Shown here piece after piece: positions 36,365 to 45,974 of a stretch of DNA of 64,000 bases. The position numbers and the translations under genes were made by a program. The notes beneath the pieces were generated by a model. It worked only from the letters and a program-made list of their open reading frames with translations, was not told where the DNA came from and made no database searches. This DNA comes from Parcubacteria group bacterium. GTDB taxonomy: Bacteria; Patescibacteriota; Minisyncoccia; Phycocordibacterales; UBA2135. Location of the stretch: assembly GCA_016204045.1 (NCBI GenBank), contig JACQLQ010000004.1:24981-88980 (forward strand). Direction: 5' to 3'. Position 1 is the first letter of the stretch; every line of letters starts with the position of its first letter.

Positions 36365-36949
36365 TCAGCTTGCCGCCGAGGTGGTCTGCCCCTTGAATGC
36401 GGCGGCCTCGTCCTGGACTTGCATCTGCTCATACTCGCTCGCAAGCCCGCCAGCACCGAGGTCGTGCACAACGCGGTTGACGATCCGCTCCCAGTTCGAG
36501 TCGAGCGGAATGTCGTACAACCATGCGCGATACTGCCGCACCTCATTGCCTTGGAGACCAGTGACCACGCTCGGATCAAGGTAACTCGCCTCACCCTTCC
36601 TGAAGAGCTTCAATTCCCCCAACTCGGGAATCGTCGCCTCGATGGTGTTGCCGTCTAAGAAGGGTTGACCTTCGAAGAAGGTGATCACAATCGGATCTGG
36701 GGTCTGTCGAACCCATTCGCTCTGCGGGGTCTTTTTCTCCGCCACCCAGATGACTTCGATGATGTTCTCCCTGCCCTCGCGACGAACCCCCTTCACAGGT
36801 CCACGGAGGACACTGCCGTCCCTACGCATGACTTGGACGTCACCGAATTTCATCTGGGGGTTATTCCCACGCGAGACGACGTCAAACCACGTTATTTGTG
36901 CCCTCATCCTGTTCCTCCAACAAGGTACTTTTCTGCGGCAGGATGCCAC
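36365..36949 (-). CDS. Hypothetical protein (194 aa by ORF track, GTG start; ATG at codon 15 is the likely start)
   Basis: No recognisable domain. Strong upstream promoter TTGACT-16-TATAAT. Confidence 0.45.
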   Translation of the reverse strand: MASCRRKVPCWRNRMRAQITWFDVVSRGNNPQMKFGDVQVMRRDGSVLRGPVKGVRREGRENIIEVIWVAEKKTPQSEWVRQTPDPIVITFFEGQPFLDGNTIEATIPELGELKLFRKGEASYLDPSVVTGLQGNEVRQYRAWLYDIPLDSNWERIVNRVVHDLGAGGLASEYEQMQVQDEAAAFKGQTTSAAS

Positions 36950-36983
36950 AGAAGGTATCGGCCCTTAAGCCGATTATGACTGG

Positions 36984-37011
36984 ATTATATCATAAATAGA
37001 CAAAAAGTCAA
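36984..37011 (-). promoter_or_regulatory. Promoter TTGACT-16 nt-TATAAT for the 194-aa gene (minus strand)
   Basis: Minus-strand TTGACTTTTTGTCTATTTATGATATAAT lies about 35 nt upstream of the ORF start. It closely resembles the island promoter at 26985..27012. Confidence 0.5.
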
Positions 37012-37017
37012 TAATTA

Positions 37018-37043
37018 ACACAGCCGCCCTTAGGCGGCTGTGT
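37018..37043 (-). terminator. Intrinsic terminator of dnaJ (minus strand)
   Basis: 11-bp stem ACACAGCCGCC/GGCGGCTGTGT, loop CTTA. On the minus strand it is followed by TAATTATTGACTTTTTG. Confidence 0.65.
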
Positions 37044-37077
37044 TGGAAACAACAATATTAAAAATTTGGAAGTTGCT

Positions 37078-38169
37078 TTAGATCCCCTCTTTTCTAAGCT
37101 TCTCGATGAGCTCTTTGGTGCGCTCGGAAAGATTTGACGGGAGATTGACGTTTAACTTTACAAGGAGGTCACCCTTGCGCCCCCCTTCCAAAGGCACACC
37201 CTTTCCTTTTACTCGAAGTTTTTCGTTTAAGCCGACTCCGGCAGGAATCTTTACCTTGAGTACAGAGCCATCAAGCGCGTGCACTGGGTATGTGGCGCCG
37301 AGGAGCGCGTCAGTTAACTTGATGTTCAAATTCATAACGAGGTCATTGCCATCTCTACGGAAATACGGATGCCGCGCAACATGAACCCGAACATACAAGT
37401 CGCCTGGTGTCCCTTTGAGCACAGCTTCACCTGTTCCGGGTTCGCGAATCACGCTACCGTCCTCAATACCAGCAGGAATACGGATAGTGATTTCTTCTTG
37501 TCTTCGGAGTACGCCCATACCGCGACACTCGTGACATGTTTCGTTAGGTACTTTGCCTTCTCCTTTGCATTCATCACATTCCCGAACGCTCGTAATGGTG
37601 CCGAGCACCGTCGAGCGTGTTTCGTGGAACCGTCCTTGTCCGTTACATGGTACGCAAGTCTTGGTTCCCGTACCCGGTTCCCCACCAGTGCCACTGCATA
37701 CGGTGCACTTTGTCGTCTTGGCGAGCAATACTGTGCGCTCTACACCATACGCTCCTTCGGCAAAAGAGACGTCGATATCTATTGAAATGTCTCTCCCTCG
37801 AGGTGTCCCGCTTCGAAAACCGCCTCGCCAGTTTCCGGATCCGGCAACACCGCCAAAAAAATCTTCGAAGATATCTCCCAAGTCGAATCCCGCGCTACCG
37901 AATCCTCCCGAACCAAAGGGGAATCCGCCTCGGTTGGCGCCCCCCCCTTGGGCTCCACTGAAAACACTTCCGTACGCGTCGTACTCCGCGCGGCGCTTGT
38001 CATCCGAAAGTGTGTAATATGCTTCGCTAATTTCTTTGAACTTACTTTCATCCCCTGTCTCTTTGTTGTCAGGATGAAACTTGCGCGCAAGTTGGTGGTA
38101 CGCTTTTTTGATATTCTCCTTTGTGGCGCCCTTCGAAACACCGAGAACTTGGTAATAGTCTTTTGGCAT
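37078..38169 (-). CDS. dnaJ: Molecular chaperone DnaJ
   Basis: 363 aa. J-domain with HPD, G/F-rich linker, four CxxCxGxG zinc-finger repeats. Confidence 0.92.
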   Translation of the reverse strand: MPKDYYQVLGVSKGATKENIKKAYHQLARKFHPDNKETGDESKFKEISEAYYTLSDDKRRAEYDAYGSVFSGAQGGGANRGGFPFGSGGFGSAGFDLGDIFEDFFGGVAGSGNWRGGFRSGTPRGRDISIDIDVSFAEGAYGVERTVLLAKTTKCTVCSGTGGEPGTGTKTCVPCNGQGRFHETRSTVLGTITSVRECDECKGEGKVPNETCHECRGMGVLRRQEEITIRIPAGIEDGSVIREPGTGEAVLKGTPGDLYVRVHVARHPYFRRDGNDLVMNLNIKLTDALLGATYPVHALDGSVLKVKIPAGVGLNEKLRVKGKGVPLEGGRKGDLLVKLNVNLPSNLSERTKELIEKLRKEGI

Positions 38170-38234
38170 AGAGGTAGTATAGTATCACTTTTGATTGTAG
38201 CAAGCCTCTAAAAGAGTGCAACGGGTTTGACACA

Positions 38235-40151
38235 TTACTCTTTTTTGTTCGTGTCGCCCCCTTCACTGCCACCTTCACCTCCTTCGCCAGCGTCGTACTC
38301 TGCGTCGCGAGTGCCATCTTCGGGAGCAGCCTGGGGACCCTTGGTAGAGCCATTACCCGCCATAGATTCGCCGATTTTCTGGAGTGAGGTGTTCAGATCT
38401 TCGACGGCCTTCTTGAGCGTCTCGGTGTTGTCCCCTTCAAGGGCCTTTTTCACGTCACCGATCTTGCTCTCGACATCCGTCTTAACCTCCGCTGGAACTT
38501 TGTCGCCATAATCCCTGATTGCTTTTTCGGCAGTGTATACCAATGTTTCCGCGGCATTTCGCACTTCTGCAAGCAAGCGCTTCTTCTCATCTTCAGAAGC
38601 ATGAGCCTCCGCCTCTTTCTTCATCCGCTCCACATCTTCATCTTTAATATTGGCGCTCGCCTCAATACGAATCGATTGTTCCTTGCCGCTTGCTTTGTCG
38701 CGGGCCTTCACCGTCAAAATCCCGTTCGCATTGATATCAAAGATTACCTCGACTTGGGGGATACCGCGCGGAGATGGCGGAATGCCGTCCAGAATAAACT
38801 TACCGAGGGTCTTGTTATCAGCAGCCATCGGACGCTCACCCTGCACCACATGCACCTCTACTGATGTCTGGTTGTCAGCGGCTGTTGAGAATGTTTGCTT
38901 CCGCTCCGTTGGAATAGTGGTGTTGCGCTCTATAACCTTAGTTGCAACACCTCCAAGCGTCTCAATCCCAAGTGAGAGCGGGGTCACATCCAAAAGCAGG
39001 ATGTCTTTTACGTCGCCCTGGAGAATGCCAGCCTGAATTGCGGCACCGGCGGCAACCACTTCGTCCGGGTTAATGCTCTTGTTTGGCTCTTTTCCAAATA
39101 ACTCCTTAACCGCACGAACAATCGCCGGCATGCGGGTTTGACCACCCACCAAAATCACTTCCTCGATTTCGGCGTACGTAAACTTTGATACCTCCATGGC
39201 ACGCTTCGTTATCTCAATAGACTTTGAGATGTAGGATTCGGCAAGCGCTTCGAGCTTGGCCCGTGATAGCTTGGTCACGAGGTGCTTAGGTCCATTCTGG
39301 TCCGAGGTGATAAACGGAAGGTTGATCTCAGCTTCCATCACTTCTGAAAGCTCGTGTTTCGCCTTCTCTGCCGCTTCTTTAAGGCGCTGGAGTGCCAATG
39401 GGTCCTTTGAGATATCAATACCGTTTTCCTTTTTAAACTCCCCTGCGAGATGGCGTACTATCTCACGGTCAATATCTTCTCCACCCATGTGACTATCCCC
39501 ATCAGTCGCCTTAACCTCTATGACTTCGTCCCCCACCTCAAGGACGGTAATATCAAAGGTTCCTCCACCAAAATCATACACTGCGATCTTTTCGTTTTTC
39601 TTTTTTTGAAAACCATAAGCAAGGGCCGCCGCTGTTGGCTCGTTTAAGATACGCCGCACATTGAAACCAGCGATCTCTCCGGCAACTTTAGTCGCCTTGC
39701 GCTGTGAGTCATCGAAATAGGCGGGCACGGTGATGACCACCTCGGTTATCTTCTCGCCGAGTTTTGCTTCCGCGTCACGCTTAAGCTTCTGCAAGATGAC
39801 CGCAGAGATTTCTTCCGGGGTGTGACGCTTGTCACCCATTGTAACTTTGACGCCTTCCGCATCCCCTTTGATTACCTCAAAGGAGACTTCCCCTTTTTCT
39901 TTTTGGATAGTAGGGTCTAGGAAGCGGTGCCCCATAAACCGCTTAATACCCGTAACTGTGTTTTGCGGGTTTGTTACTGATTGCCTTTTTGCGACAAGGC
40001 CGACAAGCCGCTCACCGTTCTTTGCGACAGCAACAACAGACGGGGTTGTCCGCCCGCCTTCAGCATTCTCTATAATTTTTGGTGTACCACCCTCGACGAT
40101 AGCCATCGCTGAGTTTGTGGTACCGAGATCAATTCCGAGTATTTTTGGCAT
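38235..40151 (-). CDS. dnaK: Molecular chaperone DnaK (Hsp70)
   Basis: 638 aa. [27 protein letters not shown], acidic C-terminus. Confidence 0.95.
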   Translation of the reverse strand: MPKILGIDLGTTNSAMAIVEGGTPKIIENAEGGRTTPSVVAVAKNGERLVGLVAKRQSVTNPQNTVTGIKRFMGHRFLDPTIQKEKGEVSFEVIKGDAEGVKVTMGDKRHTPEEISAVILQKLKRDAEAKLGEKITEVVITVPAYFDDSQRKATKVAGEIAGFNVRRILNEPTAAALAYGFQKKKNEKIAVYDFGGGTFDITVLEVGDEVIEVKATDGDSHMGGEDIDREIVRHLAGEFKKENGIDISKDPLALQRLKEAAEKAKHELSEVMEAEINLPFITSDQNGPKHLVTKLSRAKLEALAESYISKSIEITKRAMEVSKFTYAEIEEVILVGGQTRMPAIVRAVKELFGKEPNKSINPDEVVAAGAAIQAGILQGDVKDILLLDVTPLSLGIETLGGVATKVIERNTTIPTERKQTFSTAADNQTSVEVHVVQGERPMAADNKTLGKFILDGIPPSPRGIPQVEVIFDINANGILTVKARDKASGKEQSIRIEASANIKDEDVERMKKEAEAHASEDEKKRLLAEVRNAAETLVYTAEKAIRDYGDKVPAEVKTDVESKIGDVKKALEGDNTETLKKAVEDLNTSLQKIGESMAGNGSTKGPQAAPEDGTRDAEYDAGEGGEGGSEGGDTNKKE

Positions 40152-40171
40152 ATAGATTAGAATTTTGAAAT

Positions 40172-40735
40172 TTAGCTTGCTTTGTATTTTGCTACCTTGA
40201 CCCGTGCGGGGCGGAGGACGCGACCATGGAGTGTATACCCTCTTTGCGTCACTTCCACTATCTTTCCATCATCCTCTTCGTTGTTGGTTTGAACGGTCTC
40301 AATCGACTCGTGTCTCGTGGGATCAAAGTGTGCACCTTCGGGATGTATCTCTAGTATACTATTACTCTTCAAAACACCGATGAGTTGCGTATAAATGTAT
40401 TCGACGCCCGCTCGCCAGCCCTTATCTGCCTTTTCCCAAGCCTCTTTGTTCCGAAAAGCAAGTTCAAAACTGTCTACAACTGGGAGTATTTGCGAGAGGA
40501 TGTCTTCTTTTACAAACTCCCGGAGTGTCTTGCGCGATTCCTCTTCAGCTTTGCGTGCATTGATGAAGTCGGCTTTTGCCCTCTGCCAGCCGTCGAGGTA
40601 CTCTTGTCGTTCCTTTTCGCACTCGAGAAGCTTTTCACGAAGCTTCTTTTCTTTATCACGAAAAGAACTCTCACCTTCGTCGTTGGTTTCTTCAAGCTGG
40701 ATATCATCGGCGTTTGTGTCTCTGTTGTCAGGCAT
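40172..40735 (-). CDS. grpE: Nucleotide exchange factor GrpE
   Basis: GrpE coiled coil plus beta-domain. Start set to the ATG (MPDNRDTN). The ORF-track GTG start at 40768 would run into the upstream inverted-repeat element. Confidence 0.85.
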   Translation of the reverse strand: MPDNRDTNADDIQLEETNDEGESSFRDKEKKLREKLLECEKERQEYLDGWQRAKADFINARKAEEESRKTLREFVKEDILSQILPVVDSFELAFRNKEAWEKADKGWRAGVEYIYTQLIGVLKSNSILEIHPEGAHFDPTRHESIETVQTNNEEDDGKIVEVTQRGYTLHGRVLRPARVKVAKYKAS

Positions 40736-40742
40736 AGATGAG

Positions 40743-40862
40743 TCCCGTACGAAATAGGACACGGACACGTGCTGACTTCAATCCACAATTGTTATCTCTA
40801 TTAACAATAGATGGCGATGCCGTGTCGGTGTTTTTTGAAAGTGTCCGTGATTTCGTACGGGA
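40743..40862. repeat. Inverted-repeat element copy 1 (outer arms TCCCGTACGAAAT/ATTTCGTACGGGA, inner arms AGGACACGGACAC/GTGTCCGTG, about 73-nt spacer)
   Basis: Read from the sequence. The spacer contains the palindrome TTGTTA-N7-TAACAA. It lies 8 nt upstream of the grpE ATG. Confidence 0.6.
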
Positions 40863-40986
40863 TGAGAATATTATATGATAAGTTTAAAAAACGTCAAACC
40901 CCGATACCAAAAACCCCCGCGGGGGTTTTGAGAAATGAGGGTTGGTGTGCCACTTCCGATTACGGCGGACTGTTTCAAGACATTGA

Positions 40987-41421
40987 TTAGGTTACGTCTT
41001 CCTCTTTCCCGTCTTTTTCCACAATTCTCACCTTAGCGGGTCCCCCTCCCTCCGCGTCGTCTAATTCAAATCTAAGTTTTGTGCCGTCACTTGTGGTAAT
41101 TTTCATACTACCGAAAATATCGACAGCGGTAATTGTTTGACCCACCAGCGGAGACAGTTTTTTCTCAATTTGATCACCTTGCGTCAACAGCTCTGCTTGT
41201 CCGCCTTTTTCTGCAAACTGCATCCCAGTCCCATATTCGATGTCATTGAGGTCAATTTTGAATTTTCTGCCATCGCCTGTAGTAATGACTAGCTCATCTC
41301 CTAGTCCTTCAAGTTTGATATCTGAAATCGTTTGGCCCACAAACAGGTCTAATTTGTTTTCTGGGCTTTCGTGTGCGTCTGATCCCTCTTCCTCTCCCGG
41401 CGAAGCTGATTCAAATGACAT
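40987..41421 (-). CDS. Hypothetical acidic protein with two internal about 40-aa repeats
   Basis: 144 aa. Repeats LFVGQTISDIKLEG...ITTGDGRKFKIDLNDIE and PLVGQTITAVDIFG...ITTSDGTKLRFELDDAE. Confidence 0.4.
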   Translation of the reverse strand: MSFESASPGEEEGSDAHESPENKLDLFVGQTISDIKLEGLGDELVITTGDGRKFKIDLNDIEYGTGMQFAEKGGQAELLTQGDQIEKKLSPLVGQTITAVDIFGSMKITTSDGTKLRFELDDAEGGGPAKVRIVEKDGKEEDVT

Positions 41422-41477
41422 ATTTTTGCTTCTACAATTTAATAAGCGGAGTTGACTTATCTAGTGCTCATAAATGA

Positions 41478-41930
41478 TTAACGCTTGCTCCACTGCGGCG
41501 CCTTTCTTGCTTTCTTCAAACCAAACTTCCTGCGCTCTTTCTCGCGCTGATCGCGAGAAAGGAATTTTGACTTCTTGAGCTTGCCGCGCCATTCGCTGTC
41601 ATATTCCACAAGAGCGCGAGATAATCCGTGACGAAGCGCTTCCGCCTGGGCATGAATACCACCGCCCGAAACGTGAGCGCTGACATCAAATTTGCCTACT
41701 ACCTTAACCTTCTGAAATGCTTCGTTGATGATCTGCTGCATTTCTTCTGTCTGAAAGTAAGCAACAGCGTCTTTGTTATTAACACTGAAAACGCGCTTTG
41801 CGCCAACACCTTCAAAGATACGCACACGAGCAGTGGCAGTCTTGCGACGGCCTACTGTCTCAATGTATCGCCCCTTAGGCAATTTTGGGATCGAGGCGAC
41901 TTCGGTATTCTGTTGTTCGGTCGTAACCAT
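41478..41930 (-). CDS. rpsI: 30S ribosomal protein S9
   Basis: GRRKTATARVRI..., C-terminal GLKKARKAPQWSKR. Confidence 0.9.
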   Translation of the reverse strand: MVTTEQQNTEVASIPKLPKGRYIETVGRRKTATARVRIFEGVGAKRVFSVNNKDAVAYFQTEEMQQIINEAFQKVKVVGKFDVSAHVSGGGIHAQAEALRHGLSRALVEYDSEWRGKLKKSKFLSRDQREKERRKFGLKKARKAPQWSKR

Positions 41931-41969
41931 AATATAAATGTGATTCCAAATAGTGTACTTCTTTTGGGA

Positions 41970-42314
41970 TTATTCTACCACCTTGAGCCTTTTCATCCGT
42001 TCGTTGCGAAGACGGTTTGCTGGCAACATACCATATACCGCGTGCCTAATCGGCTCTTCGATACCATGACGCTCAATGACCTTCTCAAGCGGCCGTTCCT
42101 TCAAGCCTCCGTGGTAACCCGTGTAGTGTTTATAGATTTTTCCTTTCTGCTTTGTAAGAGGGATAAAGAGGGCATTTGCATTGATGATCTCAACTTCCAC
42201 ATCAAGAACGCGGTTTTTGACAAAGTCGACTCGCGACTTCCCAATGAGCAAAGCCGCTGCCGCCGAAGCGACACGACCGATTTTCTTTCCTTTTGCATCT
42301 ATGGTGTATTTCAT
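41970..42314 (-). CDS. rplM: 50S ribosomal protein L13
   Basis: Start trimmed to MKYTIDAKGKKIGRVAS... Strongly L13-like (HYTGYHGG, MLPANRL). Confidence 0.9.
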   Translation of the reverse strand: MKYTIDAKGKKIGRVASAAAALLIGKSRVDFVKNRVLDVEVEIINANALFIPLTKQKGKIYKHYTGYHGGLKERPLEKVIERHGIEEPIRHAVYGMLPANRLRNERMKRLKVVE

Positions 42315-42339
42315 AGCGTTTAGGGTATACAAGTACCGC

Positions 42340-42693
42340 TTAGATGAACTCAATTACCGCCATTGCACTCCCGTCTCCGAGACGACGAGGCAGTTTGGTA
42401 ATCCTTGTGTAACCACCTTTGCGATCAGTGTATTTGGGGGCAATTTCTTTAAAAAGCTTCCCACCGCTCACCTTGTCGCCTCCAAGGCGTGAAATGATGA
42501 GGCGGCTTTGAGCGAGCGTACCATGTTTCCCTTGCGTAACCAACTTCTCTACAAAAGGCCTTAATTCTTTTGCGCGCGCTTCAGTTGTGCGAATCTTGCC
42601 CTTTTTGATAAGGGAAGAAGCGAGCGAGCGCAAAAGAGCGCGCCTTTGGTTTCTTTCTCTTCCGAATTTTCTGTTTTTGTTGTGGTGTCTCAC
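42340..42693 (-). CDS. rplQ: 50S ribosomal protein L17
   Basis: 117 aa. MRHHNKNRKFGRERNQRRALLRSLASSLI... Confidence 0.9.
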   Translation of the reverse strand: MRHHNKNRKFGRERNQRRALLRSLASSLIKKGKIRTTEARAKELRPFVEKLVTQGKHGTLAQSRLIISRLGGDKVSGGKLFKEIAPKYTDRKGGYTRITKLPRRLGDGSAMAVIEFI

Positions 42694-42712
42694 GGTTACA
42701 ATCGCTTCTCGA

Positions 42713-43678
42713 CTATTTTAAAGTAATTCCAAAATTAGACAAGGTTCGCTTCACTTCTTGCACCCCCTTCTCACCAAGCCCATCGAGTTCCAGGAGATCC
42801 TTTTCGGTCTTTCTCGCGAGACCTCCCACTGTGCGAATATTTGCCTTAGTGAGTGCGTTTACCGTCCGAGTACCGAAACCAAGCGTGTCGATGCGTGTTT
42901 TCAAAAACTCTTTTTCCTCCTCCGCCCGCTTCACCTCAACCCCCCCCTCGCCTTCCTCGCCATCTTCTTTTGCCACCTCCGCCTTGGACTCTTCTTCCTG
43001 GAAACCGACGATGGCCTTCAACTGCTTAATCATGATGGAAATCGATGCCTCTAAGGCCTCGCGCGGAGAAATACTCCCGTCTGTTTCAATCGAAATACGA
43101 AGACGATTATAGTCTGTTCGTTCACCGACACGCATGTTTTCTACTTCATAGTTAACGCGACGTATCGGAGAGAACACGGCATCAAGTGCGATAGTGCCGC
43201 GCTCTACTTTTTCTTTTTGATGTACTTCTTTGGGAACGTAGCCCAATCCTTTTTCGAGGCGGATAGTAACTTCAAGTGTAGTGCTCTTGTTGGTAATCTC
43301 GGCAATATACGCTTCTGGGTTTAGAACCTCTACCTGGCCGGGCGCCTCAATATCGGCGGCAGTTACCACCTTAGCGCCCTTCACCTTAATCCGCACCTCT
43401 TGCGATTCATCGGTCGCCATTCTGAAGTTCACTTTGCGTATGTTTAAGAGTAGCGCAATGACGTCCTCCTTTACTCCTGATATCGTTGAAAACTCGTGCG
43501 CAACACCCTCAATCTTCAGAGAAGTAATTGCTGTGCCGACGAGTGACGACAATACTATGCGACGGAGTGAGTTCCCGAGGGTGTGCCCATAACCAGGGTA
43601 AAGCCCCTCAATCTCATAAACACCGTGCGCGCCCTCTTCTTTCACTACCTTTGGTTTTGTTGGGAGGATGATCTCCAT
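42713..43678 (-). CDS. rpoA: DNA-directed RNA polymerase subunit alpha
   Basis: 321 aa. N-terminal dimerisation domain (GHTLGNSLRRIVLSSL), C-terminal domain with HhH (LGLSTRTVNALTKANIRTVGGL). Confidence 0.93.
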   Translation of the reverse strand: MEIILPTKPKVVKEEGAHGVYEIEGLYPGYGHTLGNSLRRIVLSSLVGTAITSLKIEGVAHEFSTISGVKEDVIALLLNIRKVNFRMATDESQEVRIKVKGAKVVTAADIEAPGQVEVLNPEAYIAEITNKSTTLEVTIRLEKGLGYVPKEVHQKEKVERGTIALDAVFSPIRRVNYEVENMRVGERTDYNRLRISIETDGSISPREALEASISIMIKQLKAIVGFQEEESKAEVAKEDGEEGEGGVEVKRAEEEKEFLKTRIDTLGFGTRTVNALTKANIRTVGGLARKTEKDLLELDGLGEKGVQEVKRTLSNFGITLK

Positions 43679-43758
43679 AAGCGTTTAGCGTTAAGCGTTT
43701 AGCTCTTAGGACCTGTTGTTCATGCCTAATTGCTAGACGCTAACCGCTTAAATTAAAA

Positions 43759-44364
43759 TTAACGACTATAAAATTCGATAATCGAAGTTATATTAAATAC
43801 CATTTCTTGCTGTTTGTCAATTGCTGGTGCTCCCTTAACGACCGCCCCGAATGTTTCTGTACGGGAAAGCCATTGAGGTGGGGTGTGATCCTTGATTCGT
43901 TCAGCAAGGGTCAAAAAGAGGCTCTTGTCACGACTTTGAAGCCGGATAGCAATCCTGTCTCCCGGCCGCACGCTGTACGAAGGGATCGAAACCTTTCGAT
44001 CGTTAACCATAATGTGCCCATGCGACACAAGCTGTCGCCCAAGAGCACGACTCTGTGCAAATCCGAGTCGGAAGACCGTATTATCCAAACGGCTTTCGAG
44101 CAAGCGATACAATTCTTGCGCTGGGTTTGACCCTTTCTTGGCTGACGCCTTCTTTACATAATTCCCAAACTGTCGCTCTCGAACACCATAATAATAGCGC
44201 GCCTTTTGTTTTTCCAAAAGTTGCGTACCAAACTCTGTGAGCGGCTGGGTGCGGTGCTTCCTGGTCCTCATCTTTGGAGTAATAACAAACTTCGGATTTT
44301 CCGTTTTTGGGAAGACGCGAGCACCGAGCCTCCTTGCGATTTTGAATTGTTTGAGTTTAGGCAT
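43759..44364 (-). CDS. rpsD: 30S ribosomal protein S4
   Basis: 201 aa. S4 domain RLDNTVFRLGFAQSRALGRQLVSHGHIMVNDRKVSIPSY. Confidence 0.92.
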   Translation of the reverse strand: MPKLKQFKIARRLGARVFPKTENPKFVITPKMRTRKHRTQPLTEFGTQLLEKQKARYYYGVRERQFGNYVKKASAKKGSNPAQELYRLLESRLDNTVFRLGFAQSRALGRQLVSHGHIMVNDRKVSIPSYSVRPGDRIAIRLQSRDKSLFLTLAERIKDHTPPQWLSRTETFGAVVKGAPAIDKQQEMVFNITSIIEFYSR

Positions 44365-44375
44365 GATGTAAATGA

Positions 44376-44810
44376 CTATACCCTTCTTGGTTTAGGTGCA
44401 CGAGGGCCATTAAAGGGCCGCGGTGTTTCGTCGCGAATTGAGTGGAGTTCAATGCCCTTACCCGAAAAGGCGCGCAACGCCGCTTCGCGGCCGGCACCAA
44501 CACCGCGCACAACCACATCCGCGCTTTGCATACCCAACAATTGCGCTTGCTCCCCGACGAGCTCACCAACCTTTGCCGCGGCGTAGGGTGTCCCCTTCCT
44601 GGTTCCACCGAAGCCAAGGCTTCCACTCGATGACCACAGAACAGCGCGCCCGTCCTTGTCTGTAACAAGAAGCTTCGTGTTGTTATACGTTGCCTGAATA
44701 TGGAGGATGCCGTGCGGAACCTTCCGTTTGCTCCCCCTAGCAAGAGAACGGGCCCGCATCTCTGCGTTGTATCCCGCTCCGCCTTTTTGTGCTGTACGCT
44801 TTTTTCCCAT
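44376..44810 (-). CDS. rpsK: 30S ribosomal protein S11
   Basis: The ORF-track 226-aa ORF has an about 82-codon spurious N-extension with a GTG start. The core from MGKKRTAQKGG... to the C-terminus is canonical S11. Confidence 0.9.
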   Translation of the reverse strand: MGKKRTAQKGGAGYNAEMRARSLARGSKRKVPHGILHIQATYNNTKLLVTDKDGRAVLWSSSGSLGFGGTRKGTPYAAAKVGELVGEQAQLLGMQSADVVVRGVGAGREAALRAFSGKGIELHSIRDETPRPFNGPRAPKPRRV

Positions 44811-45076
44811 GCCAAAAATTAAGGAATGAATGTTGTAATGAATGACTAAAATTTTTGAGCACCCAGCACTTATTTTGCCTCCAACTATCCCGCGCGGTGC
44901 GGCTGCCGAATAGGCAGACCCCTCTTTGCGCGAAGCGCTGCGCCCCTTGAGGGATGCGGCTGTCCGCCGCTCGCGCTTCGCACAATGGTTCGGTGCAAAA
45001 TAAGTGCTGGGTAAAGGTTTGGCAGTCGCCATTTCTACCTCCCAAAAGAGGGGCACAAATGGCGAGCCAATTCGCT

Positions 45077-45457
45077 TTATTTCTTCTCCAACTTGCGCTT
45101 ACCAGAGCTCATGGTCTTGCGGACGTTCCCGCGCACAGTTCTCGAGTTCACTTTGGTACGTTGACCGTGGACAGGAAGGCGGCGCATGTGACGTATACCT
45201 CGGTAACTCTTGATATCCTTGAGCCGTTTTATATTTGCACCAACGAGACGCCGAAGTTCACCTTCGACGGTCATTCCTTCGATCAGCTGACGGATTTTGT
45301 TCTCCTGGTCCGCTGTTAACTCTGTTGGCTTCGCGTTTAGGGAAACTTTTGCCTCACCCAAAATGCGCCTTGCTTGAGCACGCCCAACTCCATAGACGGC
45401 GGTGAGTCCGATCTCAAGTTGTTTTTTTTCTGGGATGTTGATTCCTGCGATACGCAT
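45077..45457 (-). CDS. rpsM: 30S ribosomal protein S13
   Basis: 126 aa. MRIAGINIPEKKQLEIGLTAVYGVGRAQAR... Confidence 0.92.
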   Translation of the reverse strand: MRIAGINIPEKKQLEIGLTAVYGVGRAQARRILGEAKVSLNAKPTELTADQENKIRQLIEGMTVEGELRRLVGANIKRLKDIKSYRGIRHMRRLPVHGQRTKVNSRTVRGNVRKTMSSGKRKLEKK

Positions 45458-45509
45458 AGCTCAGTACTTCGATTATAAATGGATGCAATTGTATGCTGTA
45501 TAAAAAATA

Positions 45510-45623
45510 TTACCCTTGACGCTGTTTATGCTTCGGATTCTTGCAAATAACATACAGCCGGCGTTTCCGACGTACAATCTTGCAGTTTGAACAAATCGTT
45601 TTGATTGATGCTTTAACTTTCAT
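45510..45623 (-). CDS. rpmJ: 50S ribosomal protein L36 (37 aa, absent from ORF track because under 60 aa)
   Basis: Manual minus-strand translation [37 protein letters not shown]. It sits between infA and rpsM as in the canonical operon. Confidence 0.8.
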   Translation of the reverse strand: MKVKASIKTICSNCKIVRRKRRLYVICKNPKHKQRQG

Positions 45624-45636
45624 TTTGTTTTCGGAA

Positions 45637-45659
45637 GTGTCCGTGATTTCGCACGGGAT
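45637..45659. repeat. Inverted-repeat element copy 2 (right half only: GTGTCCGTGATTTCGCACGGGAT)
   Basis: Nearly identical (about 30/32 nt with flanks) to the right half of copy 1. It lies 14 nt upstream of the rpmJ ATG. A degenerate left-arm-like stretch falls inside the rpmJ coding sequence. Confidence 0.45.
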
Positions 45660-45668
45660 TCATGCGGT

Positions 45669-45908
45669 CTACAGCCGTCTCGTAATCCGTCCCTTCCCCC
45701 CGTATGGGTCGAGCTCTAACTCAACTCGGTCGCCAACAAGGACTTTAATCCGATACATTCGCATTTTGCCGGCAAGATACGCGAGTATTTCTCCGCCTTC
45801 TCCTCCTGGTGTGGCACCTGGTGAAGCATCCAAAGCAACGCGAAAAAACGCATTAGGAAGGGCTTCTGTGATTACCCCCATCGCCTTTGGGACATTCTTA
45901 GCTTTCAT
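45669..45908 (-). CDS. infA: Translation initiation factor IF-1 (with short Gly/Pro-rich insertion)
   Basis: 79 aa. S1-like OB fold (GVITEALPNAFFRV...GKMRMYRIKVLVGDRVELELDPY). Confidence 0.85.
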   Translation of the reverse strand: MKAKNVPKAMGVITEALPNAFFRVALDASPGATPGGEGGEILAYLAGKMRMYRIKVLVGDRVELELDPYGGKGRITRRL

Positions 45909-45974
45909 TTAATACGTACTACCCCACCCGGAGGGTAGGGTTTGTGCGACGTTTTATAATAACAAAGGGGGGGG

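Noticed and set aside
41940-41968. Short hairpin ATTCCAAA...TTTGGGAT between rpsI and rplM, resembling the IR-element outer arm
   Set aside because: It shares only the GGGAT/ATCCC ends and lacks the CGTACG core and inner arms. It is more likely a simple intergenic stem.
44811-45056. N-terminal extensions of rpsK, grpE, the TenA-like gene and the 202-aa gene in the ORF track
   Set aside because: The extensions start at GTG/TTG alternative starts. Internal ATGs give canonical N-termini, and for two of them a strong SD. The extensions are considered artefacts of the longest-ORF rule.
45564-45578. Left-arm-like sequence TTCCGACGTACAATC paired with IR-element copy 2
   Set aside because: It is degenerate and lies within the rpmJ coding sequence (encodes RRKRR). 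It is probably coincidental, so copy 2 is treated as a half element.
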